From NCBI GenBank assembly GCA_964535955.1, contig CAZHVK010000002.1:8122-72121 (forward strand): a stretch of 64,000 nt of DNA, given 5' to 3'. Each line of letters starts with the position of its first letter. The stretch's first letter is position 1. Positions 40,437 through 49,445 of this stretch are shown here, one piece after another. The DNA comes from an uncultured Methanosarcinales archaeon (GTDB taxonomy: Archaea; Nanobdellota; Nanobdellia; Woesearchaeales; CAXGTL01). The notes below the pieces were generated by a model, which saw only the letters and a list, made by a program, of their open reading frames with translations, was not told the origin of the DNA and made no database searches. A program made the translations under genes and the position numbers.

Positions 40437-41231
40437 CTAAGAACTATCTTCTAAATAATTTCTAACCCTATTATAATCTCTCCAACCATCAACATCAATT
40501 GCAGGTTCTGCACAATCTAGCTTAACCAAAGAAAACCTTGTACCTGAGATGCTTGAGATTACATTTTTAAGGTAATCAAAACTAACATCATTCAATAAAT
40601 ATTTAATCAAAAGTTTAGGAACAGTATAAGGAAACCTAATACACCATGCTAACTTAGTTCTAAACTTTTTCATATTCCTAAGCATGTATGCAGTTTTAAC
40701 ATACTCCTTATTTCTAAAATTATCAACATTACATATCAACATATTACCAGTAACAAAATTACCTTCAACAGTTTTAAAATATTTCTTTTTCACAGCTCCA
40801 TCTTTTTCATACCCATGCAATAAATAATCTTCAACAACAGAAAAAAACAAATCATGATTACCAAAATCATGCTTGCACTTATCTACAAAACAATCAATGT
40901 GTTTTTCTTCTATAAAAGGTAAATCCCCTGTGATAAATAATTTATAATCCTTCTTAGTACCAATAGAATCTAAAATCTCTACACCAATCTCAGCATTATT
41001 CAATATATTTCCATAATTACTAACACCTACAACATTTTTTCCTTTAAAACTTTGATTAATGATCTGTTCTGTTTTTCTCTTACCAACAACCACAACATTC
41101 TTAATATAATTACTATTAACCAATGCTTCAACCACATAGCAAACTATATGTTTATCATTGATCTTTTTCAATGCATTTCTTCCTCTTAACCCTCCTGCCA
41201 TAACAACAGCATCTAGTGTGATATTTCCCAT
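40437..41231 (-). CDS. MobA-like NTP transferase
   Basis: DAVVMAGG, ITGDLP, AIDVD; start moved to MGNIT. Confidence 0.85.
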   Translation of the reverse strand: MGNITLDAVVMAGGLRGRNALKKINDKHIVCYVVEALVNSNYIKNVVVVGKRKTEQIINQSFKGKNVVGVSNYGNILNNAEIGVEILDSIGTKKDYKLFITGDLPFIEEKHIDCFVDKCKHDFGNHDLFFSVVEDYLLHGYEKDGAVKKKYFKTVEGNFVTGNMLICNVDNFRNKEYVKTAYMLRNMKKFRTKLAWCIRFPYTVPKLLIKYLLNDVSFDYLKNVISSISGTRFSLVKLDCAEPAIDVDGWRDYNRVRNYLEDSS

Positions 41232-41340
41232 GTTCTTAGTGATAACTTTTGCATTTATATTGATTTGTATATTATAATAATTATAATAGAAAAACTTTAT
41301 ATATAACAAAACTATTATTAATTAAAACGAGGAACACAAT

Positions 41341-43782
41341 GTGACATATGAAATAGTAATCGGAAGAAATAAACAACAGATCGAACAATATGGTAAATTA
41401 GGAACTATTTTCTTAGCAAAACAATATGTCCAGATGGGTCAGGTCACATCATTAGCAAATGAAGTTTACATGGACATTGCAAGTGCACATGTTGTATTTG
41501 TAGTAGGTAAGAGAGGCTGTATTACAGGTGATACTAAAATATTTACTAATAGTGGATATAAGGATATTAAAGATTTTGATGAAACAAATGACTTAGTAAT
41601 ATCATTTAACAAAAACAAAGAAAGTTTTCAATGGGAAAATGCTAAATTACTAAAATACGACACTAAAAAGAGTGAAGAAATGATCAAAATTCAAAATTAT
41701 GATGGTCAAGAATTAATAATGACAAAAGAACATCCTTTATTAATTAAAGAAAAAGGAAAATTAATCTGGAAAAATGCAGAAAATCTGAAAAAAGGTGATA
41801 TTCTAGTAGGAATTTCAAAAGTTCCAGAAGTAAAGAATGATTCTGAAAGTCTAAGAATTGCAAGATTATTAGGATTTATATTAGCAGATGGAACAATGCA
41901 AGCAAGAAAAGGCAGATTTAAAGATGGTAGAGGGAAATGGTATAATGGGACAAAAAGAAGAGTAAGAATAATAAATGCTTCAGAAGATGTTCTAAAAACA
42001 TCAAAACAAGATTTAGAAAAAGAATTCAATATTACAGCAAAAAGATACAAAAAAAGTAAAGAAAACTGCTATGTTATTGAAACAAAACAAGGGAAAGTTC
42101 TAAGAAAATTAAATAAATTAGGGATTCCACTAGGATTAAAATCTCATAAAATAAGAGTTCCAAAAGTAGTATTTGAAAGTTCAAATAAATTTAAAGCAAA
42201 TTTTTTAAAAGCATTATTTTCTTGTGATGGTTATGTTAATAAAGATGGAAAACATATTGTTTATTATTCAAAATCCAGAAGATTTTTAGAAGATCTTAAT
42301 TTAGTGTTAAATCATTTTAATATTCAATCAACAATAAGGGATAAAATTGTGAAATTAAATGGCAAAATATTTCCTAATTTTCAGCTTTATATTACAGACC
42401 ATAATTCTTTAGAAAGTTTCAAGAAAATAGGATTTACAGATACGACTAAAGAAAAAAAATTAAGTAAACATAAATTCTGGAGAATGAAAAGAAGAAAAAG
42501 AACAAAATATTTTAATAATGATGTATTCGAACAAAAGATTACAAAGGTTTCTAAGATAAAAGGAGTTAAAGAAGTGTATGATTTACAGGTTCTTGAAAAT
42601 AATTCATTCATAGCAAATGGAATTATCTCCCATAACAGCGGAAAATCCTACACAATGGGAGTCATAGCAGAAGGCTTAGCTTCAATGCCAATCAAAGTCA
42701 GAAATAATCTAAGCATTGTGATGCTAGATACAATGGGTGTTTATTGGACAATGAAATATCCAAATAGACAAGATTCAGAAATTCTTAGAGATTGGAACCT
42801 AGAGCCAAAACCACTTGATGTCATAATCTTTACACCAATTGGTTATTATAATAAATATAAAGAAGAAGGTGTTCCAACTGATTATCCTTTTTCAATCAAA
42901 CCTTCAGAATTAAGTATAGTCGACTGGTGTCTTAGTTTTGGTATTGATAGGAATTCAGATCTTGGTGTATTGATAGAACGAGTTATCAATGATCTCGGTG
43001 AGAGAAAAAAAGATTATTCAATAGATGATATAATAAAGGCAATAAAAGATGACACAAAATCAGGGGATAATATAAAAAATGCAGCAGAAAATCGTTTTCT
43101 TAACACAGAAACATGGGGTTTATTTTCAGAACAAGGTGTTAAACTAATTGATTTAGTCAAACCAGGAAAAATAACTATCTTAGATGTAAGTTGTTATGCA
43201 ACTGTTCCAGGTGGTTGGACAATAAAATCTTTAGTAATTGGTTTAGTTGCACAAAAATTATTTATTGATAGGATGAAGCAAAGAAAAACAGAAGAATTTG
43301 CAGACATTGAAAAATCCATCCACTTTTTCTCAGAAAAAAAAATAACAACAATGCCTCTTGTTTGGTTAGTCATTGATGAAGCACATGAATTCTTACCAAA
43401 CAAAGGAAAAACAACTGCAAGTGACGCCCTAATTACAATCTTAAGAGAAGGAAGACAACCAGGAATCTCATTAATCTTAGCTTCACAACAACCAGGAAAG
43501 ATACACACAGATGTAATGACACAATCAGACATAATAGTTGCACACAGACTAACAGCAAAGATTGACACAGATGCATTAGCAGTATTAATGCAAAGTTATA
43601 TGAGAGAAGGCCTTGACAGACAACTAGACAATCTTCCAGGTGAAAAAGGTTCTGCATTAATAATAGATGACCAGAATGAAAGAATCTATCCAGTCCACAT
43701 AAGACCAAGGTTCACATGGCATGGTGGTGGATCACCGATTGCTATAAGACAACAAGTTAAAAAGAATGAGTTTGATTTATAA
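41341..43782 (+). CDS. HerA/FtsK-like (DUF87) ATPase containing an intein
   Basis: Walker A GKRG|SGKS split by the intein; LVIDEAHEF, LREGRQPGISLILASQQP. Confidence 0.9.
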   Translation: MTYEIVIGRNKQQIEQYGKLGTIFLAKQYVQMGQVTSLANEVYMDIASAHVVFVVGKRGCITGDTKIFTNSGYKDIKDFDETNDLVISFNKNKESFQWENAKLLKYDTKKSEEMIKIQNYDGQELIMTKEHPLLIKEKGKLIWKNAENLKKGDILVGISKVPEVKNDSESLRIARLLGFILADGTMQARKGRFKDGRGKWYNGTKRRVRIINASEDVLKTSKQDLEKEFNITAKRYKKSKENCYVIETKQGKVLRKLNKLGIPLGLKSHKIRVPKVVFESSNKFKANFLKALFSCDGYVNKDGKHIVYYSKSRRFLEDLNLVLNHFNIQSTIRDKIVKLNGKIFPNFQLYITDHNSLESFKKIGFTDTTKEKKLSKHKFWRMKRRKRTKYFNNDVFEQKITKVSKIKGVKEVYDLQVLENNSFIANGIISHNSGKSYTMGVIAEGLASMPIKVRNNLSIVMLDTMGVYWTMKYPNRQDSEILRDWNLEPKPLDVIIFTPIGYYNKYKEEGVPTDYPFSIKPSELSIVDWCLSFGIDRNSDLGVLIERVINDLGERKKDYSIDDIIKAIKDDTKSGDNIKNAAENRFLNTETWGLFSEQGVKLIDLVKPGKITILDVSCYATVPGGWTIKSLVIGLVAQKLFIDRMKQRKTEEFADIEKSIHFFSEKKITTMPLVWLVIDEAHEFLPNKGKTTASDALITILREGRQPGISLILASQQPGKIHTDVMTQSDIIVAHRLTAKIDTDALAVLMQSYMREGLDRQLDNLPGEKGSALIIDDQNERIYPVHIRPRFTWHGGGSPIAIRQQVKKNEFDL
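41518..42636 (+). mobile_element. 373-aa intein with LAGLIDADG endonuclease inserted in the P-loop
   Basis: Begins C(ITGDT), block B TKEHP, LGFILADG / LFSCDG, ends VYDLQV...ISHN followed by Ser. Confidence 0.95.
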
Positions 43783-43882
43783 CAGAATATATAATTATTA
43801 CCAACAAGATTATAATATTTTCAAAAATAGAAACCAAAACATATAAATCTATATATACCCCTAAACCAAAACTAAAACCATA

Positions 43883-45094
43883 ATGGAATTAGAAAGACTA
43901 ACAAAACTAGTTCTTGTAACAGGAAGTTCTCCAAATAGCTTAAAACTTGGAAAAGGAATTGAAAACATCCTAAAAAATGACTATAGATTAGAAAATATTG
44001 AACTATTTCCTTCTAAAAAAATCTCAGAACTTACACCAGAACAAAAAGAACATAGAGATTCATCAAGACCTTTAATCTTAGACAAATATCCTGATGGTGA
44101 AACAAGACCAGAGATTGGTAAAGAATTTTTAAGAAAAAAAATAAGTGGAAAAAGTATATTTTTAGTAAACTATATGTTCAAACCAAATCCAGATAAAGAT
44201 GAACCAAGGATTAATGACTGTTTATTTGAAGTATTATCATTATTCAATACACTTAAACAGATAGAAACAGAAAAAATGACATTAGTAACACCATATCTAA
44301 CATATCTAAGATCACATAGTGTTGAAAAATATATAAAAAATAAAGGTCTTTACCAAGGAAATACATTAGAAATGATGGTTAATTATTTAGCATTAGAGGA
44401 TGTTAAAGAGATCTTGACAATTGATCCTCATTCGACACAAATAGAAAAATACTGTGAACTTAACAATATAGGTTTTCATTACAGAGATCCTTTTAGCACA
44501 TCAAGATACACACCTTATCCTAAACTAGGTTTTAAGACAAAAGAACAAGCAAAACATGTTTTAGAAAAACTACAGCCATTTATTACATATTTTAAAGAAC
44601 ATGAAGAAGAATACAAGAAGAAATATAAAAAAATATTAGTAGTATGTCCAGATCCTAGTTCAGAAACAAGAGCAGAAGAATTTGCAGAAGATGTAGGTTT
44701 AGGATTTGAAAATCTGGGTTATATAATAAAAGAAAGAATTGATGTTGGTAAAGTAAAAATTTCTGGTTTTAAAAATTTTAGTTGTGTAAAGAAAAAAGAT
44801 GTAGAAGGTGCATTAATTATATTAATAGATGACATGGTTTCAAGTGGTACAACAATGAATGAAAATGCAAGAGATCTTAAATATATGGGTGCAAAAAGAA
44901 TTGAGGCTTGGGCATCTCATCCAGTATGTCCAAATATAGAAAAAATAAATGACCTTGATGCAATTGACAAGTTTGTATTTCTAAATACAATACAACAAAA
45001 ATCAAAAAAAATAGAATTAATACCAGACTCAGCAGAATACCTATTATCTGCATTAATCTTCAAGAGTTATATGAGAGGTCCTGCTATTAGGTGA
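43883..45094 (+). CDS. Divergent ribose-phosphate pyrophosphokinase-like protein
   Basis: YPDGET, TIDPHS, VCPD, ILIDDMVSSGTT, ASHPV. Confidence 0.75.
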   Translation: MELERLTKLVLVTGSSPNSLKLGKGIENILKNDYRLENIELFPSKKISELTPEQKEHRDSSRPLILDKYPDGETRPEIGKEFLRKKISGKSIFLVNYMFKPNPDKDEPRINDCLFEVLSLFNTLKQIETEKMTLVTPYLTYLRSHSVEKYIKNKGLYQGNTLEMMVNYLALEDVKEILTIDPHSTQIEKYCELNNIGFHYRDPFSTSRYTPYPKLGFKTKEQAKHVLEKLQPFITYFKEHEEEYKKKYKKILVVCPDPSSETRAEEFAEDVGLGFENLGYIIKERIDVGKVKISGFKNFSCVKKKDVEGALIILIDDMVSSGTTMNENARDLKYMGAKRIEAWASHPVCPNIEKINDLDAIDKFVFLNTIQQKSKKIELIPDSAEYLLSALIFKSYMRGPAIR

Positions 45095-45141
45095 TTTAAA
45101 AAAAATTAAGAAACAATAAAAAATATAACATAGCCTTTAAC

Positions 45142-45177
45142 AGCCACTGGCGGGATGATTGGGGCGGAGCAGGTGGG
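45142..45177 (+). repeat. G-tract dispersed element, degenerate copy 5
   Basis: GGCGGGATGATTGGGGCGGAGCAGGTGGG between convergent genes. Confidence 0.5.
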
Positions 45178-45183
45178 AAATTA

Positions 45184-45501
45184 TCAGCTGATTTCTAAAG
45201 ACCTAAACGAAGCAATAATCACTATTATAAAAAAGATTATAAATGTTGCTCCCCATTCAAGTGCTAATTTTTTTCCTTCAAAACCAAAGTATGTCCACCA
45301 AAGTGCTACTATCAAACCAAGAAGACCAAACATAAAAAAACCTTGCGATAGTGGTATTCTCTTGATTGGTTTTTTAGTTTTTACAATTTTTACTTTTTTT
45401 GGTTTTCTTTTAACAACTTTTTTCTTAGCTCTTGATTTTCTTTTAACAACCCTTTTCTTAATTTTCCTTTTTTTAACAGCTTTTTTCTTTTTCTTAGCCA
45501 T
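45184..45501 (-). CDS. Small membrane protein with Lys/Arg-rich N-terminal tail and two TM helices
   Basis: SD GAGGTGA upstream; MAKKKKKAVKKRK... followed by two hydrophobic segments. Confidence 0.75.
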   Translation of the reverse strand: MAKKKKKAVKKRKIKKRVVKRKSRAKKKVVKRKPKKVKIVKTKKPIKRIPLSQGFFMFGLLGLIVALWWTYFGFEGKKLALEWGATFIIFFIIVIIASFRSLEIS

Positions 45502-45522
45502 GATATTCACCTCTTATTTATT

Positions 45523-45569
45523 CCACCTACTAAACCAAGGGCGGGTGGCCGGGGGTTATGGAAGGTGGG
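45523..45569 (+). repeat. G-tract dispersed element, copy 6
   Basis: CCACCT...AGGGCGGGTGGCCGGGGGTTATGGAAGGTGGG. Confidence 0.85.
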
Positions 45570-45571
45570 TA

Positions 45572-46696
45572 TTATTTTATTTTATACAGATACTTATCAA
45601 TCAATTTTTCAGCTTTTTTTCTTTTTTTCTGATGCTCTGCCAAAAACTCATTTATTCTCTCAATCAATATTAATTTTAACTCACCTGTTAACATAGCACC
45701 AGACTTATAATTATCATGAATTTCTTTTAATTTTTTATCATCAGGTTCAAAATATCTTAACCATTGATAACTAACATCCACATCAGGATTTCCACCCTTT
45801 TTTCTATGCTCTTCAACAGTAGCTTGTCCACCTGAAAAAGCATATTTATTTATTTTTCTTTTAACAGTTTTAGCATCATCAGTTGTTAAGATAGCTTGTT
45901 CAGAACTTGATGTACTCATCTTACCAGTTACACCTACCAATGGAGGCATAAATTTAGAATGTATGATTGCTGGTTTATGATGACCTAGTTTCTCAACAAC
46001 ATCCCTGCTTAATCTAAAATGTGTATCTTGATCAATACCTAAAGGAATCAAGCAAGGCTTATCTTCTTTTCTCAACACATTTGGTAAAAAAACAGGCACT
46101 GTTTGCATTGCAGTATAAAAAATACTCCCAATATTATTTTCATTTGTAAAACCAAATGCAGCTTTTATTGATGAAAAATTAATCTTTTTTGCAACCTTTA
46201 TTGCTTCAGGATACATTATTCCTGCATGAACAGTATCAACCAAAAAATGTGTCTTTTTAGGATCAAAACCAAGAGCAATAACATCTAACATATTATCATG
46301 AGTCCATTTTTGTATTTCATCATAAGACTTTTTCTTATTAAACAAAAATTTTTCATCATCTGTAAATTGAAACCACAGATCAACTTTAAACTTGTCTTGC
46401 AACCATTTAGTAAATATCCATGTTGCTAAATGACCTATGTGTAATGGTCCTGAAGGGCCACAACCAGTATATAAAAAAAATTTATTACCTTTTTCATATT
46501 CATCTAAACACCATTTAAGATCTCTATTGGCAAAAAATATACCTCTCCTAAGAAAAGGATGAACCTCTCCTGCCAACTTATTGATTCTATCCAAGTCATT
46601 TTTAGAAAGCTTCTTTACACCAAACTCATTAATCAATTTATCATAATCTACTTCACCCTGCACTTCATATGGGTTTACCACAAACTTTTTTGCCAT
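45572..46696 (-). CDS. trpS: Tryptophan--tRNA ligase (archaeal type)
   Basis: YTGCGPSGPLHIGH, TDDEK, GIDQD, KMSTS, AFSGGQ. Confidence 0.96.
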   Translation of the reverse strand: MAKKFVVNPYEVQGEVDYDKLINEFGVKKLSKNDLDRINKLAGEVHPFLRRGIFFANRDLKWCLDEYEKGNKFFLYTGCGPSGPLHIGHLATWIFTKWLQDKFKVDLWFQFTDDEKFLFNKKKSYDEIQKWTHDNMLDVIALGFDPKKTHFLVDTVHAGIMYPEAIKVAKKINFSSIKAAFGFTNENNIGSIFYTAMQTVPVFLPNVLRKEDKPCLIPLGIDQDTHFRLSRDVVEKLGHHKPAIIHSKFMPPLVGVTGKMSTSSSEQAILTTDDAKTVKRKINKYAFSGGQATVEEHRKKGGNPDVDVSYQWLRYFEPDDKKLKEIHDNYKSGAMLTGELKLILIERINEFLAEHQKKRKKAEKLIDKYLYKIK

Positions 46697-46776
46697 ATAC
46701 ATTCTTATAGCAGTATTGTATAAAAACCTTTCTAATATTCATTAATTTTATATACATATTATACATAGCAACAAAT

Positions 46777-47307
46777 ATGAGAACCTTTATATCAATATCA
46801 ATACCAGAAAATGTGTCAAAAATAATACAAAATATACAAAACCACTTACCAAGTGAAGATTGCAAACTAAACATAGCAAAAAACCTTCATTTGACATTAA
46901 AATTCTTAGGAGAAATAGATAAAAAACAAGCAGAACAAGTAAAACAAATACTAAAGACAGTTAAATTCAAGAAATTCAACCTAGAACTTGACAAAATAGG
47001 TTATTTCCCAAACAAAGACTATATAAGGGTTGTATGGATAGGTTTCAAAGACAATACACAAGTAAACCAATTACAAAAACAGATTGACAATAAACTTAAA
47101 GACCTCAACTTTTCAGTAGAAAAAAAGTTCCACCCACACATAACATTAGCAAGAGTCAAATTCATCAAAGACAAAGTAATGTTTAAGAATGAGATAAATA
47201 ACATAGAAATTGATAAACAAACCTTCCAAATTACCAAATTTAAACTAATCAAAAGCACACTAACACCTAAAGGTCCTGTTTATGAAGATTTAGCTGAATA
47301 TGAGTAA
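46777..47307 (+). CDS. thpR: RNA 2',3'-cyclic phosphodiesterase / 2'-5' RNA ligase
   Basis: Two HxT motifs (HLTLKF, HITLAR), KSTLTPKGPVY. Confidence 0.93.
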   Translation: MRTFISISIPENVSKIIQNIQNHLPSEDCKLNIAKNLHLTLKFLGEIDKKQAEQVKQILKTVKFKKFNLELDKIGYFPNKDYIRVVWIGFKDNTQVNQLQKQIDNKLKDLNFSVEKKFHPHITLARVKFIKDKVMFKNEINNIEIDKQTFQITKFKLIKSTLTPKGPVYEDLAEYE

Positions 47308-47373
47308 GGATTTCTACAAGGCAGTTAAAAAGAAACCTTTTTAAATGGATTCTAATTCTTATATATAAATAGA

Positions 47374-47468
47374 GGGGCTATGGGGTAGCTTGGTCTATCC
47401 TTTCTGGTTTGGGACCAGACGACCCCGGTTCAAAATGAAATAATATCATGAAAGTCCGGGTAGCCCCA
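47374..47468 (+). tRNA. tRNA-Pro(TGG) with a 20-nt intron at 59/60 (47435-47454)
   Basis: Acceptor GGGGCTA/TAGCCCC; TCTGG-TTTGGGA-CCAGA; TTCA/TGAA BHB; TATA-like TTATATATAAAT upstream. Confidence 0.93.
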
Positions 47469-47493
47469 TTTTATAGTAAATTAGGTGAACTAT

Positions 47494-47796
47494 ATGGCAA
47501 AAGAAAAATCATTAGGATCTGTAAAAAGATTCGGTCCAAGATACGGAAGAACTACAAAAAAGAAATTTGCAGTTATTGAAAAAGAACATAGGAAATTACA
47601 TGATTGTCCTTATTGTAATTATACAAAAGTAAAAAGAAAATCACAAGGGATATGGCATTGTAAAAAGTGTAATGCTACTTTTACAGGCAAAGCATATAGT
47701 GTCAAAAAAGAGATAAAAATAAAAGAAATAGAAAAAGAAGAACCAGAAGTACTAAAAGAAGAAGAAGAAGAAGAAAAACTAAAAGAGGATAATTAA
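47494..47796 (+). CDS. rpl37ae: 50S ribosomal protein L37Ae with acidic tail
   Basis: RFGPRYG, CPYC, GIWHCKKC...FTGKAY. Confidence 0.95.
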   Translation: MAKEKSLGSVKRFGPRYGRTTKKKFAVIEKEHRKLHDCPYCNYTKVKRKSQGIWHCKKCNATFTGKAYSVKKEIKIKEIEKEEPEVLKEEEEEEKLKEDN

Positions 47797-47815
47797 ATTT
47801 TGAGGTGGAAAATTT

Positions 47816-47953
47816 ATGGCAACATACAAATGTTTAAACTGCAATAAAAAAGTAAGTCAAGACTATCTAAGAAAAAAGATTAGATGTCCATATTGTGGTG
47901 CAAAGATTTTATTCAAACCAAGAACAGTTACAACAAAAGTAAAAGCAAGATAA
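47816..47953 (+). CDS. rpoP: RNA polymerase subunit Rpo12 (P) (not in ORF track)
   Basis: MATYKCLNCNKKV...IRCPYCGAKILFKPR; conserved position after rpl37ae. Confidence 0.93.
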   Translation: MATYKCLNCNKKVSQDYLRKKIRCPYCGAKILFKPRTVTTKVKAR

Positions 47954-47954
47954 A

Positions 47955-48200
47955 ATGATAGTTGATTATAAATATCAAGCAACAATAAGAATTGATAAAG
48001 ATCCTGAAATCGTTATGAAAAGTTTAAAACCAGATTTCATGCACACAAGAAGGAGTTCAGTTATTGCTGAAAAAAAACAAGGTTATGTTCTGCTTCATGT
48101 AAAAGCAGAAGACATAATTGCTTTAAAAGCAGCACTTTTATCACTAATAAAGATGCTTGAAGTACATGAAAAGATTAAAAAAGTTATTGAAAAGAAATAA
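47955..48200 (+). CDS. pcc1: KEOPS complex subunit Pcc1
   Basis: SLKPD...RRSSV...LHVKAEDIIALKAALLS; conserved operon position. Confidence 0.85.
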   Translation: MIVDYKYQATIRIDKDPEIVMKSLKPDFMHTRRSSVIAEKKQGYVLLHVKAEDIIALKAALLSLIKMLEVHEKIKKVIEKK

Positions 48201-48216
48201 TACAGGTGAATTATAT

Positions 48217-48552
48217 ATGACAGAAAAAAAAGTATCAAAAGAAACAGAACAACAAATAATGCAGCTTCAAATGTTAGAACAAAATTTAACTAATTTAACA
48301 GCTCAAAAACAACAATTTCAAAGTCAATTGATAGAAATAGATTCTGCTCTAAAAGAGTTAAAAGACGCTAAAACATCATACAAAATTGTTGGAAATATAA
48401 TGGTATCAGCAAAAAAAGAAGATCTAGAAAAAGATCTTAATCAGAAAAAGGAAATTGTTGATTTAAGAATAAAAAATTTTGATAAACAAGAAAAAGTTTT
48501 AAAAGATAAAGCTTCTAATATACAAAAACAAGTAATGGAAAAACTTAAATAA
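48217..48552 (+). CDS. pfdB: Prefoldin beta subunit
   Basis: EIDSALKEL...YKIVGNIMV; start moved to MTEKK. Confidence 0.92.
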   Translation: MTEKKVSKETEQQIMQLQMLEQNLTNLTAQKQQFQSQLIEIDSALKELKDAKTSYKIVGNIMVSAKKEDLEKDLNQKKEIVDLRIKNFDKQEKVLKDKASNIQKQVMEKLK

Positions 48553-48561
48553 GTAGAAAAA

Positions 48562-48819
48562 ATGACAAAAAAACAAGAACAATTAAATGATATATTAGAT
48601 GTCTTAAAAGAACTTGCAGAAGATTCTACAGTGCCTAAAAATGTTAAAAACAAAGTCTCTGAGGTAATAGAGATTTTAAAGGATGATTCAGAGATGTCAT
48701 TAAAAATAAGCAAAGCTTTACAAGAATTAGAAGAAATAAGTGATGACTCAAATTTGCAGCCATTTACAAGAACACAAATATGGAACATAACAAGTATGCT
48801 GGAAAAGATTAATTCTTGA
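48562..48819 (+). CDS. UPF0147 family protein
   Basis: EDSTVPKNV, LEEISDDSNLQPFTRTQIW. Confidence 0.9.
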   Translation: MTKKQEQLNDILDVLKELAEDSTVPKNVKNKVSEVIEILKDDSEMSLKISKALQELEEISDDSNLQPFTRTQIWNITSMLEKINS

Positions 48820-49360
48820 TTAAAATATTCTTAATATTTTTTCTTATTGTTCTATTAGGAATATAGAGATTATCATTATCAGATGTTTCTAAAACAAAAT
48901 TAGTTGAGGTTATTTTTTTAATTTTTCCTTTTATATTTCCAAAAACAAAATCCTGACCTTTTTTAAAATTACTTTTATTCTTTATAATAAGCCCAAATAA
49001 AAAATCAGGAACAAAATCATAAATCCACAATAATAAAGAAACAATTAATATTACACCAATTATAACCAAAATAGACATCATAACATAATAACCTATTTCA
49101 AGCTTTGTTAAAGCAATAAATACAGTAATTATATAAAACAAATAAGTCACTAAATAACTTATTCTATTTTCTAATTTTAATTTCAATCCCAAAGTTTTAT
49201 GAGTAATATTATCAAGTTCTATTTCTTTTAGAATCTTTCTTACTATTCTTCCTAACAAATAACTTATAATAACACCAACCAATATGATAATCACAGCTGA
49301 CGCTAAATTAGTTTGAATATAATCCCATGCTTTTGTTGAAAAATCAGAGATATTTACCAT
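48809..49360 (-). CDS. Short MscS-like mechanosensitive channel protein
   Basis: TM helices plus GKIKKIT...LYIPN beta-domain motif. Confidence 0.75.
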   Translation of the reverse strand: MVNISDFSTKAWDYIQTNLASAVIIILVGVIISYLLGRIVRKILKEIELDNITHKTLGLKLKLENRISYLVTYLFYIITVFIALTKLEIGYYVMMSILVIIGVILIVSLLLWIYDFVPDFLFGLIIKNKSNFKKGQDFVFGNIKGKIKKITSTNFVLETSDNDNLYIPNRTIRKNIKNILIKN

Positions 49361-49445
49361 AATATGTATTTAGGTGAAAACAAGTTTATAAAGATTTATG
49401 TTTTTTTCCTCAATCTTTATAAATACAAACACTACTTTAATCTTC

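Noticed and set aside
45155-45673. 172-aa plus-strand ORF
   Set aside because: Antisense to the basic membrane protein and trpS, and read through G-tract elements; the minus-strand gene has the SD.
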